Assembly: GCA_026387835.1 (NCBI GenBank)
Contig: JAPLKZ010000007.1
Location: forward strand, 65,284-97,283
Length of the DNA: 32,000 nucleotides
Source of the DNA: Candidatus Saganbacteria bacterium
Lineage (GTDB): Bacteria > Margulisbacteria > WOR-1 > JAKLHX01
Reading direction: 5' to 3'
Shown: positions 25,429-32,000 of the stretch, piece after piece
Position numbering within the stretch: position 1 is the first letter of the stretch
Layout of the letters: each line of letters opens with the position of its first letter
Position numbers and translations under genes: made by a program
The notes under the pieces: model-generated
Databases searched by the model: none
What the model was told of the DNA's origin: nothing
The model's input: the letters and a program-made list of their open reading frames with translations, nothing else

Positions 25429-26883
25429 ATGAAAGTGCTGTTTATTTATTCCTTGTGCAGTATAGCCTCAGCGAGCAAGCCCCTAAGATCACCAGAATGG
25501 ATCCAATTCGGGATCTCGTATATATCCGCAATTTTAAAACAAAACGGGCATTCTACAAAACTGATCATATTAAGCAGAATTTCCGGTGAAAAAAACAAAA
25601 ATATCATAGACAAATATATTAATGAGTTTAAGCCTGAATTGGTGTGCTTTACTTCTGTAAGCAGCGAATATTCATTTGTTGTTGAAATAGCAAGATATAT
25701 AAGATCAAACTATCCGGATTTATTTTTATTAATCGGGGGGGCGCATGTTTCACTGAACCCGGAAGGAGCGTTAAATGATTTTGATGCTTTATGTATTGGA
25801 GAAGGGGAATATCCTGTCTTAGAGTTGGTTTCAAGCATCGAAGAAAACAAACCCCCACAGTCAATACCAAATTTATGGATCAAACATGATGATAAAATAG
25901 AAAAAAATCCATCCAGGCCATTCATATCAGATCTTGATGTTTTGCCTTTTCCCGATAGAGATATGTGGCAGGAGTGGATAAAGGAAGATGCCTCTGCAAG
26001 ACACACCGTTTTATTGGGACGCGGTTGCCCGTTTAATTGCAGTTATTGCAGTAATCATGCTTTAAGAAAAATAGCATCAGGAACTTATGTCAGATATAGG
26101 TCTCCGGACAATATCATTAGCGAAATAAATGAACTGGTTGATAAATATCCACAAAAAACCGAGATCTATCTGGAAGTGGAAACAATCGGAGTCAATAAAA
26201 GCTGGACATTAGAATTATGTTCAAAGCTCAGGAGTTTTAACCAGGCACATAAAAACCAAATACATTTTGGGGCTAATTTAAGGATTGTACCCAATGTTAA
26301 TTATCGGGATATATTCCATGCTTTAAAAAATGCAAATTTTAGGTTTATTAATATTGGGCTTGAATCAGGAAGTGAAAAAATACGCCGAGAGATATTGAGA
26401 CGCAATTATTCAAATGCAGACATAATAAATGCGGTAAAATTAGCACGCGAATATGGACTACAGGTCTCTTTTTTTAACATGGTCGGGCTCCCCGGGGAAA
26501 CGGTTGATGATTTTCATGAAACAATCGAAATGAACAAAATATGCTTGCCAGATTGGATTAATTTTTCAATATTTTACCCATATCCCGGGACAGATTTATA
26601 TACTTTTTGTAAAGCTAAAGGTTATTTGGGCGATTCAATTGATACGAGAATGGAAAGGGGGCGAGCAATATTAAATCTTCCATACTTTAGTAAAAAGGAA
26701 GTGGAACATAATTACATTTGGTTCAATTACAATGTTTATAAAGGGCATAAACCATTAATACGGTTATTATCACAGGCATTAAAACTGCAAATTAGGGCTA
26801 ACCCATTCTTATTTGCGGTATATAGCTATTTTAAGTATATTGCTGCGAAAATGCTTAATGTTGCCATAAAAATGCTCATATGA
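25429..26883 (+). CDS. B12-binding-domain radical SAM enzyme (class B radical SAM, possible C-methyltransferase)
   Basis: It has an N-terminal Rossmann-like cobalamin-binding region (KVLFIYS...LVCFTSVSS...LLIGGAHV) and the CxxxCxxC cluster motif GRGCPFNCSYCSNH. ATG 25429 has GAGGTG 7 nt upstream; the track start TTG 25414 is unlikely. GC is about one third in the lines I sampled. Confidence 0.87.
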   Translation: MKVLFIYSLCSIASASKPLRSPEWIQFGISYISAILKQNGHSTKLIILSRISGEKNKNIIDKYINEFKPELVCFTSVSSEYSFVVEIARYIRSNYPDLFLLIGGAHVSLNPEGALNDFDALCIGEGEYPVLELVSSIEENKPPQSIPNLWIKHDDKIEKNPSRPFISDLDVLPFPDRDMWQEWIKEDASARHTVLLGRGCPFNCSYCSNHALRKIASGTYVRYRSPDNIISEINELVDKYPQKTEIYLEVETIGVNKSWTLELCSKLRSFNQAHKNQIHFGANLRIVPNVNYRDIFHALKNANFRFINIGLESGSEKIRREILRRNYSNADIINAVKLAREYGLQVSFFNMVGLPGETVDDFHETIEMNKICLPDWINFSIFYPYPGTDLYTFCKAKGYLGDSIDTRMERGRAILNLPYFSKKEVEHNYIWFNYNVYKGHKPLIRLLSQALKLQIRANPFLFAVYSYFKYIAAKMLNVAIKMLI

Positions 26884-27143
26884 AAAGAAGAAAGTTCCTC
26901 ATTTTCCACACAATGAAAAAACCCGTGATATCAACTAATGTCGGGGGTATTCCGGAGATTATTGAAAATGGTTTTTCAGGATTGCTTATACCCCCAAATG
27001 ATCCTAAAGCGATTGAAAACGCCGTGCTGGATCTGCTGTTTGACAAAGAGAAAGCCCGAGATATAGGCAAAAACGCGCTGGAGGTGTCCAGAAAGATATC
27101 TGTTCAGGACATGGCGTCAAGTGCAGAATATATAAATGAATAA
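26880..27143 (+). pseudogene. C-terminal remnant (~75 aa) of a GT4 glycosyltransferase
   Basis: KKPVISTNVGGIPEIIENGFSGLLIPPNDPKAIENAVLDLLFDKEKARDIGKNA matches only the last part of a GT4, for example GKPAIASKVGGIPEVLDDGVNGILFEPKDIDKLAQKAVELLDNKEKALEISRNA in the gene at 24131. I saw no N-terminal Rossmann half or ExFG motif upstream in a hand translation. Confidence 0.7.
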
Positions 27144-28212
27144 GAAAAAAGTGCTGGTTTTCTATTATGGGGGGGTTTATGGAGGCGTTAATGCGTTCAT
27201 TGATGCTTTCACTTCCATGATAAGCGAGAAGTATTCGTATAAAACGATATCTTTGAGGTCGTTGCAGGGAGAAGGGCCCCGAAAGAACAATCCTCTTTTG
27301 AAAAGCAGGGTTGTATCGATGTTTAATGCATTTTCAAGACTATTTTTGAATATTCGAAGTCAGGAATATGACATTATTGTTTCAAACGAACTAACAACAG
27401 CCGTATTTTGTTGTATCATTAAGGTCTTCCGTAAAAATATAAGGCACGTATGCGTCGTTCATTGTAACTACAAAGATATCCCCATCGGCTTCGCGTGGAG
27501 ATCCGTCATCCAGGCATTCAAAAAAGTATTGATAAAGAATACCGACAAATTTGTTTGCGTATCAAAATTTGTCGCGCAGACGATAAGTGATTACGGGGTT
27601 GAACAGGATAAAATCGAAGTGATCTATAACTGCATAAAATCGCAGGAGAATATACGCATTGACAAAGAGCAAACTTGCAATTCAAGGGTTAATATCGCGT
27701 ACATCGGCCGGCTTTCAAAAGAAAAGGGCGTAGATATTTTGCTGAAAATCGCAGACGGCCTTTTGCCCTTAAAGGAAAAAGTGGCATTTAAAATATTAGG
27801 AGACGGAGCGATGCAGGATCAGGTTGCCAGCTATTCAGGCTTACACCCCGAGTATTTCCGGTATCGCGGATTTGTCAGGGATCCTTTTGACGATAAAGAC
27901 ATGGATATTTTGATAATGCCTTCCCGCAGCGAAGGCTTTCCGATCGTGTTGTTAGAAGCGATGCAGAATGGCGCCTTAATTATAGCGGCAAATGTAGGGG
28001 GTATTCCGGAAATAGTCATAAATGGTTATAATGGAATTCTGTGCGGACAAAGTGATGTTAACGCGTATTGTGAAGCAGTAAAAAGATTAATAAGCGACGG
28101 CGACTTAAGATATAAGCTGCGGCACAACGCAATAGACACAATGAGGAACAAATTTTCTTTTGAGATAGCGAAAGAAAAATATTTAAGTCTTTTGGATCAG
28201 CTGGAAAAATGA
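27136..28212 (+). CDS. Glycosyltransferase family 4
   Basis: It has IMPSRSEGFPIVLLEAMQNGALIIAANVGGIPEIVINGYNGILCGQSD and a full-length two-domain size of 358 aa. Confidence 0.88.
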   Translation: MNKKKVLVFYYGGVYGGVNAFIDAFTSMISEKYSYKTISLRSLQGEGPRKNNPLLKSRVVSMFNAFSRLFLNIRSQEYDIIVSNELTTAVFCCIIKVFRKNIRHVCVVHCNYKDIPIGFAWRSVIQAFKKVLIKNTDKFVCVSKFVAQTISDYGVEQDKIEVIYNCIKSQENIRIDKEQTCNSRVNIAYIGRLSKEKGVDILLKIADGLLPLKEKVAFKILGDGAMQDQVASYSGLHPEYFRYRGFVRDPFDDKDMDILIMPSRSEGFPIVLLEAMQNGALIIAANVGGIPEIVINGYNGILCGQSDVNAYCEAVKRLISDGDLRYKLRHNAIDTMRNKFSFEIAKEKYLSLLDQLEK

Positions 28213-28263
28213 CAGGGGATCCCATATGAATGATATGAAACGGACAGAAAAAGGCAGCTCCAT

Positions 28264-30192
28264 ATGTTAATGGTCTTCCCGTTTATATTCTGTATTTTGG
28301 CGTTTCTCGGCTTTATCAAGCTCTTATCGGATAATAGTAAAGGTTTTTATACCGTCTTGCGGGAGGCTTTTATTTGGACTGCTCTCATGGCGGGGCTAAC
28401 GGCGACTTTGATCATTGAGATCCTGAGCATCTTTAAAGCTATTGTTCCGATTTACGTCTCAATATCATGGTTGGGCGCATCAATAGCCGCAGGAATAGCG
28501 CTTTTTTCGATGCGTCATCGGAGATCCCCCGGGGCTTGTTCAAGGCCGTCTTTAGATCCCTTTGATAAGTCATTGATAGGCACGATTGTTTTCGTTATTG
28601 CCTTGACGTTTGTCATCGCTTTGCTAGCCCCGCCGAATAATTCTGATGCCATGACCTATCATATGGCCCGGGTAGCTCATTGGGCGCAGAACCATAGCGT
28701 GCTTAACTATCCTACTCATACATTGCGTCAGTTATACATGTCCCCGGGCGCAGAATTTATTATCTTGAATTTTCAGGTTTTATTGAGGAATGATTATTTG
28801 GCCAATTTTGTCCAGTGGTTTGCAATGATAGGAAGCATTATCGCAGTTACTCTGCTTGTTAAATTAATGAAGGGCGGCATAAAAGCTCAGATAATTTCCG
28901 GTTTTGTCGTGTCCACGATACCAATGGGTATTATGCAGTCCACCAGCACCCAAACCGATTATCTGACCGCTTTCTGGCTTTTATGCCTGGCATTATTTGT
29001 TGTCAGATCGAACCATGAAAACGGTCCTCTGAATGTTATCGGCGCGGGAGTTGCTTTAGGCCTGGCGGTGCTTACTAAGCCAACGGCCTGCTTTTTTGCC
29101 GCGCCTTTTGTTCTATGGTTGTTTGTCATTTGGTTCAGGAGGGACATGAAGAATTCCTGGAAGACATTTTTACTTGTATTTTTGACCGCGGTATTATTAA
29201 ACTCAGGTTTCTTTTTGAGGAATGTGGCGCTTTTTCACGCTCCTTTCGGGCCTCATGATGACTATACTCAGAGCGAGATACACTCGCCTCGCAATATAGC
29301 GTCAAATATTGTGAAGTATTTTTCTTTGAATTTGAACACCCCTTCCAGTGCGGTAAACAGGCTGATCTATACGGCCATCGCTGATCTTCATCACTTATCT
29401 AAAGTTGATATCAATGACCGGAGGACTTCAGCATTTGCAAACTATTCAGTTGAAACCTACATTCCCCATGAGGATCTTGTGGGTAATCCCATGCATTTAT
29501 TATTGATCATTATTTGCGGGTTGGCTCTTTTCAGTAAAAATATCAGCAGGGGAAATAAAGAATTGCTGTATTATTTTTCTTCGGTAGCCGCGGGTTTTTT
29601 GCTGTTTTTTGTGTTCATCAAATACCAGCCGTGGCTTAACCGTTTGATGCTGCCTGTTTTTCTATTGTTCTCCCCGATTACGGGAATAGCAATGAAAAGG
29701 ATATTTTCCAGAGCGGCCCTGATATTATTTCTACTGATTTTATTTTTTGTGGCAGTCCCGCCGTTAGTGTTCAATATTAAAAAACCTTTGGCAATCCCTC
29801 CGTTCGTGCCTGACAGATATAAATATTCGCTTTTTACCCGGTCAAGGCAATATTTTTATTTTGCCGCCAAGCCGGAAACATATCAATGCTATAAGAAGAT
29901 CGCTGAGACAATTAAAAGGCGCAACTATTCGCAGATCGGAATGGAAGAGTTTAGCAAGGAATATGAATATCCGTTGTGGATCGTTCTTGAGGGCAACGGC
30001 AGAAAATTCCGCATGGAACATGTGGGGGTCACGAATATTTCAAGATCTATCCCCGCTGATTTTACGCCTTCTGTAATTATATGTATCGGATCAGACCCGA
30101 AAATCTCTCAAAAATATGCAAAAAAGTTTAAATATAGAGAAGTAATCGGCTATGACAGCTTTGGTTCGCTGGTTATGCTGTACGGTCAATAG
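28264..30192 (+). CDS. Polytopic GT-C-fold membrane glycosyltransferase (ArnT/PMT, GT39/GT83-like)
   Basis: It is 642 aa with many hydrophobic segments. The first-loop motif LLAPPNNSDAMTYHMARVAHW has an Asp-containing loop as in ArnT/PMT enzymes. It also has LAVLTKPTA and a soluble C-terminal ~130 aa. An O-antigen-polymerase-like role cannot be excluded. Confidence 0.68.
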   Translation: MLMVFPFIFCILAFLGFIKLLSDNSKGFYTVLREAFIWTALMAGLTATLIIEILSIFKAIVPIYVSISWLGASIAAGIALFSMRHRRSPGACSRPSLDPFDKSLIGTIVFVIALTFVIALLAPPNNSDAMTYHMARVAHWAQNHSVLNYPTHTLRQLYMSPGAEFIILNFQVLLRNDYLANFVQWFAMIGSIIAVTLLVKLMKGGIKAQIISGFVVSTIPMGIMQSTSTQTDYLTAFWLLCLALFVVRSNHENGPLNVIGAGVALGLAVLTKPTACFFAAPFVLWLFVIWFRRDMKNSWKTFLLVFLTAVLLNSGFFLRNVALFHAPFGPHDDYTQSEIHSPRNIASNIVKYFSLNLNTPSSAVNRLIYTAIADLHHLSKVDINDRRTSAFANYSVETYIPHEDLVGNPMHLLLIIICGLALFSKNISRGNKELLYYFSSVAAGFLLFFVFIKYQPWLNRLMLPVFLLFSPITGIAMKRIFSRAALILFLLILFFVAVPPLVFNIKKPLAIPPFVPDRYKYSLFTRSRQYFYFAAKPETYQCYKKIAETIKRRNYSQIGMEEFSKEYEYPLWIVLEGNGRKFRMEHVGVTNISRSIPADFTPSVIICIGSDPKISQKYAKKFKYREVIGYDSFGSLVMLYGQ

Positions 30193-30225
30193 TTAACTCT
30201 GTCCGGATATGATAAAATATATTCC

Positions 30226-31026
30226 ATGACCGATGAAAGAAAGGAACAAACTGATTTGCCGGAACATAACAGAGAAACCGGTCTTTCGCTTTCAGTGTTG
30301 ATGCCGGTATACAATGAAAAATCCACGATATCAGAATGTATCGCAAGAGTATTTGCGGTCAAGAGCCCTTATATCTCCAGGATCGAGGTCATTACGGTTG
30401 ACGACGGATCTACCGATGGTACGAGAGATATTTTGCGCGAACTTCAAAAAAAGCACCCCGGGCAATTGATCTATATTGAGCATGAAAGAAATCAAGGAAA
30501 AGGCGCGGCGATCCGGACTGCCATTGACAGGGCAGGGAATGATATCTGCATTATTCAGGATGCGGACCTGGAATATGACCCTAATGATTATCACAAGATA
30601 ATGGCCCCTTTTGTCAAAGAAAATGCCGATGCGGTTTTTGGCTCCAGGTTCTTAACCGGGGATTATAAACGCCTTCTGAATTACAGGCACGCGGTCATAA
30701 ACCGTTTTTTAACTTTTCTGACCAATGTCGTGACAAATATCAATTTTACGGATATGGAAACATGCTATAAAGCTGTACGCACCGAACTTCTAAAATCCAT
30801 ACCGATCAGAGCAAATTGTTTCGATCTCGAACCGGAAATATCGATCAAGCTTGCCAAAAGAGGCGCACATATATTCGAGGTGCCCATAAGTTACAGCGGA
30901 CGGACAAGCGCGGAGGGTAAAAAGATCGGCTGGAAAGACGGTCTTATGGCGCTGAGAACACTGCTTAAATACAGTTTTGTGAATGACAGCAGCAAGAACG
31001 GCCCTAAAGCGGGTAAAAAGACATAA
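30226..31026 (+). CDS. GT2 polyprenyl-phosphate glycosyltransferase (DPM1/ArnC/GtrB-like)
   Basis: It has LSVLMPVYNEKSTI, ITVDDGSTDGT, NQGKGAAI and IIQDADLEYDPNDY. Confidence 0.84.
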   Translation: MTDERKEQTDLPEHNRETGLSLSVLMPVYNEKSTISECIARVFAVKSPYISRIEVITVDDGSTDGTRDILRELQKKHPGQLIYIEHERNQGKGAAIRTAIDRAGNDICIIQDADLEYDPNDYHKIMAPFVKENADAVFGSRFLTGDYKRLLNYRHAVINRFLTFLTNVVTNINFTDMETCYKAVRTELLKSIPIRANCFDLEPEISIKLAKRGAHIFEVPISYSGRTSAEGKKIGWKDGLMALRTLLKYSFVNDSSKNGPKAGKKT

Positions 31027-31039
31027 GGAGCTTATCAAA

Positions 31040-32000
31040 GTGAGAATATGTGTGATCGGAGTCGGTTATGTGGGATTGGTGACCGCCGCATGTCTGGCGG
31101 ACCTGGGCAATGAAGTAGTATGTGTCGACAGCAACAAAAAGAAGATAAGCGCTTTAAAAAAAGGCAGAGTCCCGTTTTATGAGCCGGGGCTGAAAGAATT
31201 GGTCGTTCATAATTTAAAAAATAAAAGACTCGCATTTACGGGCGATCTGACGCTCACGGTGAATAAAGCGGAGATAATATTTATCGCGGTCGGTACACCG
31301 CCAAAAGCCACGGGTGAAGCGGATGTGACGGCCGTTATCCAGGTGACAAAAGGTATTGCGCGGGCCATAAAAAGCAAAGGCATAAAAGTCCGCAAAAGCA
31401 GCCTGGGCTATAAACTTATTGTGAATAAAAGCACTGTCCCTGTCGGGATGGGGGACCTGGTCACAGAGACGCTCTTAAAATACGGTATTCCGAAAAAAAG
31501 TTTCGCAGTCGTCTCAAACCCGGAATTCCTGCGCGAAGGCTCAGCGCTTTCAGATTTCCGGTCGCCCGACCGTTTAGTGATCGGAGCCTCCAATAATAAA
31601 GCTTTCAATTTGATCACCGATCTTTACCGCCCTTTGAACGCGCATATCATTTTTACCAGTATTAAGAACGCGGAGCTTATAAAATATGCTTCGAACGCGT
31701 TCCTTGCAACAAAGATATCTTTTATCAATGAAATGGCGAATATCTGTGAAAGGCTGGGAGCCGATATTATCGAGGTCGCATTTGGCATGGGGCTGGACAA
31801 ACGGATCGGAAGAGGTTTTTTGAACGCCGGCGTCGGGTTCGGAGGCTCATGCTTTCCTAAAGATATTTCCGCATTGATACATCTTGCCAAGAGCCATGGT
31901 TATGAGCCGGTTATACTGAAGTCCACTAACGAATTTAACCGCAGCCAGAGAGAAGCCTTTGTCAGTAAGGTTGAAAAAAAATTGAAGGGCCTGAAAAATA
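31040..32000 (+). CDS. ugd: UDP-glucose 6-dehydrogenase, 5' part (continues beyond the window)
   Basis: It is not in the track because no stop falls inside the window. GTG 31040 lies 9 nt after AAGGAG. The hand translation gives VRICVIGVGYVGLVTAACLADLG, NPEFLREGSA and GFGGSCFPKD (the catalytic Cys motif). Confidence 0.92.
   Translation, partial: MRICVIGVGYVGLVTAACLADLGNEVVCVDSNKKKISALKKGRVPFYEPGLKELVVHNLKNKRLAFTGDLTLTVNKAEIIFIAVGTPPKATGEADVTAVIQVTKGIARAIKSKGIKVRKSSLGYKLIVNKSTVPVGMGDLVTETLLKYGIPKKSFAVVSNPEFLREGSALSDFRSPDRLVIGASNNKAFNLITDLYRPLNAHIIFTSIKNAELIKYASNAFLATKISFINEMANICERLGADIIEVAFGMGLDKRIGRGFLNAGVGFGGSCFPKDISALIHLAKSHGYEPVILKSTNEFNRSQREAFVSKVEKKLKGLKN

Noticed and set aside
2829-26883. 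A phosphonate (fosfomycin-like) pathway idea: a PEP/pyruvate-fold TIM barrel, a cytidylyltransferase and a B12 radical SAM methyltransferase resemble Fom1/Fom3 logic.
   Set aside because: The TIM-barrel protein has HpcH/HpaI aldolase motifs rather than the PEP mutase EDKxxxxxNS signature. No phosphonopyruvate decarboxylase or AEP transaminase is visible. The radical SAM gene lies 20 kb away in a separately acquired low-GC cassette.
28226-28270. An upstream ATG (28226, MNDMKRTEKGSSIC) considered as an alternative start for the GT-C membrane protein.
   Set aside because: It is in a different reading frame and terminates after 14 codons at TAA overlapping the 28264 ATG. It cannot extend the GT-C ORF, and there is no support for an independent micro-ORF.
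1-32000. A search by eye for CRISPR repeats, IS/transposase or integrase genes, tRNA/rRNA, long direct or inverted repeats, toxin-antitoxin pairs or defence-system signatures.
   Set aside because: I found none. Every ORF above 150 aa on the coding strand has a biosynthetic or transport family signature, and the non-coding space is too small to host such elements. Short repeats at the cassette junctions (about 25270 and 26880) were not evident but would need a computed dot-plot.

Overview
The whole 32 kb window is one co-directional (+ strand) glycan/cell-envelope biosynthesis locus with about 33 tightly packed genes. I found no rRNA, tRNA, CRISPR array, transposase or integrase. Eight gene junctions are 4-nt ATGA overlaps, and the largest non-coding gap is 88 bp. 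All substantial minus-strand ORFs look like shadows of + strand genes.

Left half:
- two tandem paralogous large transferase-like genes
- a dense tailoring block with a KdsB-family cytidylyltransferase flanked by two paralogous 328-aa zinc-ribbon methyltransferases
- in the same block: an HpcH/HpaI pyruvate aldolase, a hexapeptide acetyltransferase, a D-2-hydroxyacid dehydrogenase, further methyltransferases, an SDR, a HAD phosphatase and a cyclase/formamidase-family protein
- an unexpected operonic trio: sulfate adenylyltransferase, pyruvate kinase and a CPA2 cation/proton antiporter
- a TagF-like CDP-glycerol-type phosphotransferase

Right half:
- three intact GT4 and two GT2 glycosyltransferases
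- a DegT aminotransferase and an RmlD-like reductase
- a NodB deacetylase, a DegT-like protein and a CelD/FemAB-like GNAT
- a low-GC cassette (54-aa sORF plus B12-binding radical SAM enzyme) next to the C-terminal stump of a fourth GT4 gene
- an ArnT-like GT-C membrane transferase, a polyprenyl-phosphate GT2 and the 5' part of UDP-glucose 6-dehydrogenase

Most interesting hypotheses, all inference:
1. A PEP-synthase-independent, aldolase-based route to a methylated/acetylated CMP-activated 3-deoxy-2-ulosonic acid. It would be transferred by the unusual HP-motif transferases.
2. A sulfate-activation/pyruvate-kinase/antiporter module with no APS kinase or sulfotransferase in view.
3. Cassette replacement of a glycosyltransferase by a radical SAM enzyme with a coupled small ORF.

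No Wzx/Wzy, ABC exporter or initiating phosphoglycosyltransferase is present in the window. All family assignments come from motif recognition by eye, not from database searches.
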